Made by a program: the position numbers and the translations under genes. Shown piece by piece: positions 46,991 to 54,566 of a stretch of 64,000 nt of DNA. Under the pieces are notes generated by a model that was not told the DNA's origin, searched no databases, and worked only from the letters and a program-made list of their open reading frames with translations. The stretch comes from a virus (taxonomy: Duplodnaviria; Caudoviricetes). The DNA is taken from the IMG/VR virus record IMGVR_UViG_2915264867_000002, positions 1 to 64,000 of that record; one strand, 5' to 3'. Every line of letters starts with the position of its first letter. Position 1 is the stretch's first letter.

Positions 46991-47165
46991 GCGATTCCAA
47001 GCCCTCAAGGCCACGATGCCCTGGACCAACCACGACATCATCATGGGGCGGCAAACCCGGATCTCTGTTCGGGATCGCTTCGGTAACGAAGTTCCACTGC
47101 TCGACATGGTGGACTTCGTCAAACACATCACCGCGCACCTGGCCCGCCAGGGCGAGAAAGGATAA
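46980..47165 (+). CDS. Hypothetical protein
   Basis: ATG 46980 overlaps the upstream stop. Confidence 0.5.
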   Translation: MTPERFQALKATMPWTNHDIIMGRQTRISVRDRFGNEVPLLDMVDFVKHITAHLARQGEKG

Positions 47166-47167
47166 CC

Positions 47168-47827
47168 GTGGGCCGCATCGTCGCAATCACAGGGCCGTCT
47201 TTCAGTGGCAAGTCCACGCTGGCGCACCTGCTTGGGCATCGCGGCTTCGGCCGCGTTCTCGCCTCGCTCACCCCAGGCGCCGACGGTAATACCGCCGACG
47301 GCATCGATCACCGCGTCATGCAGGCGCGCGACTTCAACAACCTGGTCGCCGCCGGCCAGATGGTCATCGCGATCAACATGGGCGCGCAATCGTTCGGCGT
47401 TTCGGCGAAGGAGATCGAGGCCGCCCAGCTGGAAAGTGAGAATGTGGTGATCGTGTGCGAACCGGCCGGCATCAGGCAGCTTGACGCCTGGTGTAAGCAG
47501 CGATCGGAGATATCGCTCACGCGCGTGTTCTTGGACAACCCGTCTCAGTTCATTAACCAGCGCTTCCTCGAGCGGGCAACGGAAGAGATCATGCGTTCGC
47601 GTATGGCCGGCGCCAGCGTTCAAAACCGCGTGCTCAAGCACTATGCCGAACTCATGAAGGTAATGGCCACGACTGAGAACGAATGGCGCAATCAAGCATA
47701 TTTCCAGGTCGATGAAGATTCTGCCGGCGGCTCGTTCCGCTTCGATTACGTGATCTCTCGCTTCGACACTTTCAACGCGAAGGAAATAGCCGACCAGATC
47801 GCAAAAGGCCTGCCAGCTTTTTGCTGA
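47168..47827 (+). CDS. Guanylate-kinase-like P-loop NMP kinase
   Basis: ITGPSFSGKST; DGIDHRV..F; FGVS; VIVCEPAG..QL. Confidence 0.75.
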   Translation: MGRIVAITGPSFSGKSTLAHLLGHRGFGRVLASLTPGADGNTADGIDHRVMQARDFNNLVAAGQMVIAINMGAQSFGVSAKEIEAAQLESENVVIVCEPAGIRQLDAWCKQRSEISLTRVFLDNPSQFINQRFLERATEEIMRSRMAGASVQNRVLKHYAELMKVMATTENEWRNQAYFQVDEDSAGGSFRFDYVISRFDTFNAKEIADQIAKGLPAFC

Positions 47828-47841
47828 ACTGATATCCTTCC

Positions 47842-48450
47842 GTGCTGGAGGAAACAACTATGCCAGCACTGAAGGAAATCGTAGCCGACACGATCGGCAC
47901 ATCACTGCTCGCCGCCTCTCCCATGTGGGACCAGGCGGTCGACAAAATTATCCCCGCACAAATTACAGCCTTCGTGGATCGCAACGCCGAGTTGGGCCTG
48001 CGTGACGCTGCGGAGTCGGCAATCAGTATCGCAATTGAGCGGGTAGCTGCGGCCGTCGACGCCGGCGCAATGCCGCGACCATCAATGCTGTCATACTCCC
48101 GTCCAGAAAAACAAGAAGTGTCGCGACAAGAGCTAACGGGTGGCATGCAGTACCTGGGTGATCTCCGAACGGCTATGGTTCTGTTCGCGCTGGAGACGGG
48201 GCTAGACGTCGCGGAGGTCTCTCAACTGACGTACCTACGCCTTAAGGCTCTTCGCATCGAGCGTCGGTTCAGCGTACTGGCGGAGGCATGCTTGGAATGC
48301 GCGCCGCCACGCCAGCTGTCATTGCAATATGTATTCTGGGAGAATTCGGAGCTTGGCATGCCGGCGCCAGTGTTTGGACTAGACGCCGATATCTTCGACG
48401 CATTTGGGATGGTCTGGGCGGAGCTAAATTACGCCTACCGTAATATGTAA
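47842..48450 (+). CDS. Protein with degenerate tyrosine-recombinase-like fold
   Basis: LRTAMVLFALETGLDVAEVSQLTY..QYVFW resembles box I but has D at the catalytic R; no HxxR found. Confidence 0.45.
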   Translation: MLEETTMPALKEIVADTIGTSLLAASPMWDQAVDKIIPAQITAFVDRNAELGLRDAAESAISIAIERVAAAVDAGAMPRPSMLSYSRPEKQEVSRQELTGGMQYLGDLRTAMVLFALETGLDVAEVSQLTYLRLKALRIERRFSVLAEACLECAPPRQLSLQYVFWENSELGMPAPVFGLDADIFDAFGMVWAELNYAYRNM

Positions 48451-48457
48451 GACGTAG

Positions 48458-48482
48458 AAAAGGCGCCCAACGGGCGCCTTTT
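48458..48482. terminator. Bidirectional intrinsic terminator
   Basis: AAAAGGCGCCC-AAC-GGGCGCCTTTT. Confidence 0.88.
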
Positions 48483-48499
48483 GCAGAGGCAAAAAAAAG

Positions 48500-48985
48500 T
48501 TATGATGGTTTCAGCGAAGAAACAACTTCCCGAAGTCTTTTTTTGTCTACCTCTGTCCGCAACTTTGGGTTAGGCACGCCACTTTCCCGAATCACTTCTA
48601 TCATTTCAATCTCCGCCGCAGTTAGCACCGGCTGGTGTTTGAAAATCGTCTCGAAAGTCGCCCACAGATCAGGATCGTACTCAGCCACGCACAGCGTGAA
48701 CAGATAGAACGGCTCGACATCCAAAGCTATCGCCATTGGAGCTATCTTTGCCATTGGCAACCTTGTCGCACCCGATTTAATCATCGAAATTACGTTTTGG
48801 GATTTGATGCCACAAGCCTTTGCTAGATCTTTTTGGGAAATGCCTGTCAAGTTTATCAACGCTGCTAGGTATTCATGGACCAGCGGCTTTACTTTGTGGC
48901 TATATTTCCTGCCTATGTACTGAGTCTGTTGCTCATCTTGCTTTTCTGCAGCTACCTTGCCGGCATCCATTGCCATTGCGCTCAT
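48500..48985 (-). CDS. XRE/cI-like HTH repressor
   Basis: ISQKDLAKACGIKSQNVISMIKSGATRLPMAKIAPMAIALDV; divergently transcribed; lower GC. Confidence 0.85.
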   Translation of the reverse strand: MSAMAMDAGKVAAEKQDEQQTQYIGRKYSHKVKPLVHEYLAALINLTGISQKDLAKACGIKSQNVISMIKSGATRLPMAKIAPMAIALDVEPFYLFTLCVAEYDPDLWATFETIFKHQPVLTAAEIEMIEVIRESGVPNPKLRTEVDKKRLREVVSSLKPS

Positions 48986-49016
48986 CGTTGAACTCCTTTA
49001 ATTAAATTGGACAGTG

Positions 49017-49194
49017 TCACTCACTGCTGACTGAGTGTCAGATCGTAATGATTATAGATTATACATCAGTACTTATTGACACTTGGGGATGTGTTAGGCC
49101 CCAACTTATGTGGATTTCGTGTGACTCCCGCTTCCATTTTAGCCCAAAATCCGTGACTTACAAGTGCAAAAGTAAGTCAATACTGAGCTATAAT
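49017..49194. promoter_or_regulatory. Divergent control region with one good and two degenerate operators
   Basis: TCACTCACTGCTGACTGA 49017-49034; TACATCAGTACTTATTGA 49062-49079; TAAGTCAATACTGAGCTA 49173-49190 with TATAAT 49189-49194; minus-strand TATAAT at 49051-49056 and 49058-49063. Confidence 0.7.
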
Positions 49195-49251
49195 TGCAGC
49201 GATCAGTAGCGAAAGCTACCACGTCCAATACAAGACTAGGAGCAGCAAGAA

Positions 49252-49464
49252 ATGAGCGTCGAAGTGACACAGAGCAACACCGAACAAGCCGAGAAGTTCC
49301 AGATCGTAGACATCGACTTTGTGGCCGATATCCTCGCGGAGTCGCATATTTGCGAGACTGCAGACTTAGGAACCACACTGGTACACAAGGTAAAGCACCC
49401 AGTTCGTGGCATGCTCATCATCATCAACACCATCGGTTCTAAGCACATCGTATTGCCTGCTTAA
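49252..49464 (+). CDS. Small hypothetical protein divergent from the repressor
   Basis: RBS AGGAG; first gene after the operator/TATAAT. Confidence 0.6.
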   Translation: MSVEVTQSNTEQAEKFQIVDIDFVADILAESHICETADLGTTLVHKVKHPVRGMLIIINTIGSKHIVLPA

Positions 49465-49557
49465 CACGTCAAACATAAGTCAGTCCGTATGTATATCACG
49501 AATCGTTTGTTTTGCCGATTACATTTAGACCATTACTGAATAAACTTAGGGCGATCG

Positions 49558-49599
49558 GAGCGATGCAACGTCAGCTTGCAGTTCCATATCGCTCTTTTT
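49558..49599 (+). terminator. Two-part hairpin with U-tract (possible sRNA 3' end)
   Basis: GAGCGAT..TGCAA-CGTCAGC-TTGCA..ATCGCTC-TTTTT. Confidence 0.5.
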
Positions 49600-49613
49600 A
49601 AAATCAATATTCA

Positions 49614-49631
49614 TCAGTCAGTACTGACTTA
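49614..49631. promoter_or_regulatory. Operator variant
   Basis: TCAGTCAGTACTGACTTA just before the CobT-like gene RBS. Confidence 0.8.
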
Positions 49632-49646
49632 ACAAAGGGGAAGAAT

Positions 49647-51623
49647 ATGAACGCTTCGCACGATCGCATCCACATCATTCGTGAGGCCGTCACCAAATTG
49701 GTGCCGATGCTCACCGACAAGAAAGTATTAGTGACACAGCGCGGCATTAGCGCCTTCGTCAAGACAGACGCATCCGGCCGGCCAATACAGGTCAACCTGC
49801 CCTACATCCCCGACAATGCGACCGAAGAGCTGATCGACGCCATTCAAGGCTTTCTCGACCATGAAGTGGCTCACATTCTGTTCACGGACTTTAGCGTGCT
49901 TCCGAAAGCCGCCCAGATGGGTGTGCACAGTCTGTTTAACATCATTGAAGACGCTCGGATTGAGAAGGCAATGGCCGACCGCTTCCGCGGTTCGGGCACT
50001 AACATCGGCAACACTGCGAAATTCTTCTTGGAGAAGTTCACGAAGCCAAAAATGGAAGAAGCAATCGCTGCCGGCGACGAGGCAATGCTGACGTCGGTCC
50101 TGATGGTTCCGCTGATTCGCGGCATGGCCGGCCAAACCGTGTGGAGCGATTTCATGGCAGACAAGATGCACCACGTCCAGGACACCTACGACAAAATCAA
50201 GGGCACTGTGAAAAGCATCAGCGGGGCAAAGTCGAGCGCTGACGCTTTGAAGGCCGCTGGCAAGGTAATGGAGGCGATGACGGGTCACTCTCCCGCAGCG
50301 CCAAGCGCAACGCCACCGGCACCACCGCCACCGCCCAAATCCTCCGGTACTAGCGGCAAGCGCGGAAAGCCGGGCGCTGGCGTGAAGGCGGCCCCCAAGC
50401 ATGGCCCGTCGGAAGAAGATGCCCCGCCAGCTGAAGAGGAAGACGACGACGCTCCGACCTCTGCAGCCACCGCAGCGCCGGCTGAAGAAGGTACCCCGGA
50501 TGATGAGGATGATGGCGCCCCGGCTGAAGCCGACGAAGACGACGCCTCGATCGCTGGTTCCGGCGACGAAGAAATGGCCAGCGAGCGTGACGATGAAGCC
50601 ACTGAAGATGTGGCGGAAACCAATGACGAGGGTGGCGTAACGTGGGAGAAGATCGAAAAGCACATGGCGGCTGACTTTGACGATACCACCTCCAACCTGA
50701 TCACGAATGGCGTGTCCGAAGCGGCAAAGGGCGCCGACTATCTGGTCTTCACGCGCGACAAAGACATCGTCGAGCCACTGGTGATCGGCAAGCAATATGC
50801 TCCGGAAATGTTCAAGCGTATCAGCGATGATGTGGACCACATGGTAGGCCCGCTGCAAAAGGACTTGGAACGGGCCATTAGCGCCCGTAGCCTGTCGAGC
50901 TGGTCGCCTGGCCACCGCAGCGGTCGAGTCAATGCGTCATCCCTGCATCGCCTGGCCACCGGAGACGACCGCGTGTTCCGCCGTAAGCAAATCACAACGA
51001 CGAAGGACGTTGCCGTTGAACTGGTCATCGACATGTCCGGCTCCATGAGCGGTTCTAAGATTCACACTGCGGCAAAGGCCGCCTACGCCCTGGCCTCCGT
51101 ACTCGATCGTATCGGCATTGCCAACGAGGTAATCTGCTTCACTACCGGCGAAGCCCTCTACTCCGACGAGTCCGAAATGAACCGGGAAGAGGCTAAGCTG
51201 GGGCGCCGCTACAGCCGCCGCGAGTCGCTGTACATGCCGATCTTGAAAAAGTTCGCGGAGCGCATGAGCACGGACGTGAAGTCGCGCTTCGGTTGGCTGC
51301 CGAACACTTCGTCGATGTCTGGAAATGTTGACGGCGAGTCGATCGAAGTCGCCGCCCGCCGTCTCATGGGTCGCAAGGAAAAGGGCAAGATCATGATGGT
51401 GCTGTCGGACGGCGCGCCGGCCGCCTCCGGCGACTGCAGCGAACTGCAGGAGCACTTGAAAAAGACGGTCGAGAACATCACTCGAGCCGGAGTCAACGTC
51501 ATCGGCATCGGCATCCAGTCGACTGAGGTGAAAAAGTTTTACCCTAAAAGCCTGATCCTCAACGACGTGAAGGATCTGCCAATTGTGGTCATGAAGCAGT
51601 TGCGCGAACTGATCCTCAAATAG
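49647..51623 (+). CDS. CobT-like protein: HExxH N-domain, acidic linker, vWA domain
   Basis: FLDHEVAH..FNIIEDARIE; MIDAS DMSGSMS; MVLSDGAP; VIGIGI. Confidence 0.88.
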   Translation: MNASHDRIHIIREAVTKLVPMLTDKKVLVTQRGISAFVKTDASGRPIQVNLPYIPDNATEELIDAIQGFLDHEVAHILFTDFSVLPKAAQMGVHSLFNIIEDARIEKAMADRFRGSGTNIGNTAKFFLEKFTKPKMEEAIAAGDEAMLTSVLMVPLIRGMAGQTVWSDFMADKMHHVQDTYDKIKGTVKSISGAKSSADALKAAGKVMEAMTGHSPAAPSATPPAPPPPPKSSGTSGKRGKPGAGVKAAPKHGPSEEDAPPAEEEDDDAPTSAATAAPAEEGTPDDEDDGAPAEADEDDASIAGSGDEEMASERDDEATEDVAETNDEGGVTWEKIEKHMAADFDDTTSNLITNGVSEAAKGADYLVFTRDKDIVEPLVIGKQYAPEMFKRISDDVDHMVGPLQKDLERAISARSLSSWSPGHRSGRVNASSLHRLATGDDRVFRRKQITTTKDVAVELVIDMSGSMSGSKIHTAAKAAYALASVLDRIGIANEVICFTTGEALYSDESEMNREEAKLGRRYSRRESLYMPILKKFAERMSTDVKSRFGWLPNTSSMSGNVDGESIEVAARRLMGRKEKGKIMMVLSDGAPAASGDCSELQEHLKKTVENITRAGVNVIGIGIQSTEVKKFYPKSLILNDVKDLPIVVMKQLRELILK

Positions 51624-51654
51624 CACCGAAAGCCCGTCATTTTGCCAAGAAAGA

Positions 51655-51672
51655 TAAGTAAGTACTGACTTG
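51655..51672. promoter_or_regulatory. Operator variant
   Basis: TAAGTAAGTACTGACTTG. Confidence 0.8.
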
Positions 51673-51764
51673 TATATCCTGACGGGTTTGCGTATCATTC
51701 TCTATGTCGATTCAACAGACACCCACTAACACCGGGCATGTGCCCAACCAAAGGAGAGTAAGTA

Positions 51765-52979
51765 ATGACTGAAGTCAATGGCAAAATCGAATGCAAATTG
51801 TGCGGCGCTCAAGTGCATGTGATGCAGAAGCACTTACTGGATAACCACCCCGAATACACGCCGGCAAGCTACCAAGAAGAATTCCCTGGCGCGCCGATGC
51901 TTTCGGACTTGGCCAAGCAAAAGGTTGCCGAAAGCAATGCAGCTAAAGCGGCAGCTGCAGCTCAGCAAGCGCAAAATGATGCTGGTCAAGTTCATATGGC
52001 GGCAAGCGCAGCGCCTGCGGCTTCCGTCGCGTCGGTAGTCCCGCGCGGCACCATCGTTAAAAAGCCTCTGCATGAGGTGTTCGATCTCGGCGCGGCAAAA
52101 GCGGCGCTCAGCGCAAAGGGAACCCCGATTCCAATCTCGGTACTGACTGCTCACGACCACCAGGACATGGTGCCGGAAGTGTCGAGCATTTACGTGTACG
52201 ACATCAACGAGCTGAAAAACGTGATACTGGGCCTCGAGTGCAGCATTCCAGTATACGTACACGGCCACAAGGGCACCGGCAAGTCCGAGCTGCTGGCCCA
52301 AGTAGCGGCGCGCACCAACCGCCCTCAAATCCGCGTACAACACACCGCCAACACCGAAGAAAGCCACATCGTCGGCCAGTGGACCGTCAAGGGCGGCGAA
52401 ACCGTCTTCGCACTCGGCCCACTCGCTGAAGCGATGAAGCACGGCTGGATCTACTGCGCCGACGAATACGACTTCGGTATGCCCTCCGTACTGGCCGTCT
52501 ATCAGCCTGTCCTCGAAGGCAAGGCGTTGGTGATCAAAGAAGCTCCACCTGAGCTGCGCATCATCAAGCCACACCGCGATTTCCGCTTTGTAGCAACCGG
52601 TAACACCAATGGCTCCGGCGACGAGACCGGTCTCTATCAGGGCACGCTGATCCAGAACAGTGCCAATTACGACCGCTTCGGCATGGTCATCCACAAGAAG
52701 TACATGGACAAGAAGGCCGAGGTCCGCATTTTGATGGGTCGCTGCGGTCTGACCGAAAAGGATGCCGAGAAAATGGTCGAGTTCGCCACCACGGTGCGTG
52801 AAGCGTACGACGGCGCCAAGCTCAGCGATACCATTTCGCCACGCACGATGATCTACGCGTCGGAGATTGGTGTGAAGCGTGGTTCCTTCCGCGAAGGCCT
52901 GGCCCTGTCGTTCCTCAACAAACTCACCACCGTAGATCGCGAAGTAGCCGACGGCCTGGCTCAACGCATCTTCTCGTAA
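51765..52979 (+). CDS. CobS-like MoxR AAA+ ATPase with N-terminal C2H2-like Zn finger
   Basis: CKLC..HLLDNH; GHKGTGKS; ADEYD; FRFVATGNT; NYDRF; ISPR. Confidence 0.9.
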   Translation: MTEVNGKIECKLCGAQVHVMQKHLLDNHPEYTPASYQEEFPGAPMLSDLAKQKVAESNAAKAAAAAQQAQNDAGQVHMAASAAPAASVASVVPRGTIVKKPLHEVFDLGAAKAALSAKGTPIPISVLTAHDHQDMVPEVSSIYVYDINELKNVILGLECSIPVYVHGHKGTGKSELLAQVAARTNRPQIRVQHTANTEESHIVGQWTVKGGETVFALGPLAEAMKHGWIYCADEYDFGMPSVLAVYQPVLEGKALVIKEAPPELRIIKPHRDFRFVATGNTNGSGDETGLYQGTLIQNSANYDRFGMVIHKKYMDKKAEVRILMGRCGLTEKDAEKMVEFATTVREAYDGAKLSDTISPRTMIYASEIGVKRGSFREGLALSFLNKLTTVDREVADGLAQRIFS

Positions 52980-52990
52980 TCGAGGTCGCC

Positions 52991-53740
52991 ATGACCCGGG
53001 CACTGAAAATCGAGGAGAACATCGGTCTGGTCCACTTTCACGCCAAGCGTGGCTTCAAGTGGGCTGACGGTGCCGGAAGCGGGCTTACCTACGAGGATAT
53101 GTTCCAAGTGGCCAGCCTGGCCTTCTGGACCGCCGTACAGGGGTTCAACCCCGACAACGGCAACGGCTTTGCCGCTTACTACGGCATGGTCGCGTACAGC
53201 GAGTTTCGCAAGGAAATTGGCGTCATGACAGGCGTCAAAAACTTGAACCCTGGCCAGCGCAGCGATATCGAGGCGCGCAAACAAGAAAACGCCCGCCGCC
53301 GCGCTGCCGGCGAGGCTCAGCTGCCAGAAATGAACTACGGTTTGGCGCCAGTGAGCTTTGGCGAAATCGGTGGTGGAAACGAAGATGGCGACTTCACCCC
53401 GTTCGAAGACACATTGGCCTCCCCCGAGCGTACCCCGGAAGAGATCGTCGAATTTCGCCAGCAGTGGGAACTGGCAACGGCCGGTATCAGCCCACTGGCG
53501 GAACTGGTGATCGACTGGCTGCGTGACCCGCCCCCTGCACTTCAGCAGGAGCTAGCCAGCCAGGCCGCCCATGCCGACCTGATTACGGCCGCCGGTGGCC
53601 GGGCACACGGACTGCGTGACGGCGTGAGCGTCAAGGCCGTGATCAAGTTTCTGGCAATGGTAGGGGATGTCTCCCGCGAAGAATTAATGATGGTCGAGGC
53701 TGAACTGCGCGGCATCGTCAGTAAATTGGAAAAAGCATAA
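52991..53740 (+). CDS. Sigma-70 region-2-like protein (putative phage sigma factor)
   Basis: NIGLVHFHAKR..YEDMFQVASLAFWTAVQGFNPDNGNGFAAYY parallels NLRLV..AKRY..DLIQEG..GL..AV..FD..G..FSTYA. Confidence 0.7.
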   Translation: MTRALKIEENIGLVHFHAKRGFKWADGAGSGLTYEDMFQVASLAFWTAVQGFNPDNGNGFAAYYGMVAYSEFRKEIGVMTGVKNLNPGQRSDIEARKQENARRRAAGEAQLPEMNYGLAPVSFGEIGGGNEDGDFTPFEDTLASPERTPEEIVEFRQQWELATAGISPLAELVIDWLRDPPPALQQELASQAAHADLITAAGGRAHGLRDGVSVKAVIKFLAMVGDVSREELMMVEAELRGIVSKLEKA

Positions 53741-54468
53741 TGAATATGACAAGCACTGTAGAACAGCTCGCGCCTGGCTGCTTTGGCGCTGCCAGCGTCT
53801 ACAGCATGGACTCCGACGTCTGCAAGGCCTGCCTCGCCTTCGACACTTGCAGTGCCCGGTCAATGGAAAACCTGCAAGCGATCCGCCAGCAGGTGGACGT
53901 CGCCGACATACTCAAGCGACACCAGGCCGCCCTGGCACGCAACCGCAACAACGCCGCGCGCCCAGCAAGCCCCAAGTCGGAGCCGCTGATGGTCTCGCAC
54001 GTCGCCATCGCGCAGCCGCTACCAATCACCAAGCCGGTCGCGCGCAGCACCTCGTCGGAGCGCGTGACGTTCGACCTTGCTGCCGCCGACGAAGCCATCA
54101 TCGCTCAAATCGCCCAGGCGAACAAGAAGACGGCATTCCAGGCACAGCAGCTGGCCAAAGCGGGCAAGCTTGACGCGATGCGCGCCCTTCTCCCTCGCGG
54201 TGAAAACCCGTTCGCTCAGACGGGGCCATCGTACCTTCGCGTAGCGTGCGACATGATCACATCTGGCGGTTTTATCAGGGCTGAGCTGAAAGCCGAATTG
54301 ATGGCGCGCCTGGGCTGGACCGACGGCACGGCCGGCGCCCACGTTTCGATCGCAACCGCATTGCTGTTCGCCTTCGGGATCACCCGCAAGGATCACAACG
54401 AGCGCTTTGTTCTCAATCCAGTTCTGGCGGGCGACAATAATTTCAACCAACTGAAAGCAGCAGTATGA
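53740..54468 (+). CDS. Hypothetical protein with N-terminal Cys cluster
   Basis: PGCFG..CKAC..C; coupled to the sigma-like gene. Confidence 0.65.
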   Translation: MNMTSTVEQLAPGCFGAASVYSMDSDVCKACLAFDTCSARSMENLQAIRQQVDVADILKRHQAALARNRNNAARPASPKSEPLMVSHVAIAQPLPITKPVARSTSSERVTFDLAAADEAIIAQIAQANKKTAFQAQQLAKAGKLDAMRALLPRGENPFAQTGPSYLRVACDMITSGGFIRAELKAELMARLGWTDGTAGAHVSIATALLFAFGITRKDHNERFVLNPVLAGDNNFNQLKAAV

Positions 54469-54566
54469 ACAAGCGCAACAAAAACGCCACTCGCGCCCTG
54501 CGGATAATGATGGGCGGCTTCGTCCTCTTATCGCTGATCGGCATCGCCCTGGGGGATGGCAAGTGA
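54465..54566 (+). CDS. Tiny single-TM protein (33 aa, not in ORF track)
   Basis: ATG 54465 to TGA 54566: MNKRNKNATRALRIMMGGFVLLSLIGIALGDGK; ATGA/GTGA overlaps on both sides. Confidence 0.45.
   Translation: MNKRNKNATRALRIMMGGFVLLSLIGIALGDGK

Noticed and set aside
47842-48450. Functional integrase with an att site
   Set aside because: Catalytic Arg replaced, no HxxR found, only 202 aa, and no host junction in the window.
49647-52979. Cobalamin biosynthesis auxiliary metabolic genes
   Set aside because: No cobN or other cob genes; the generic MoxR/vWA architecture explains the similarity.
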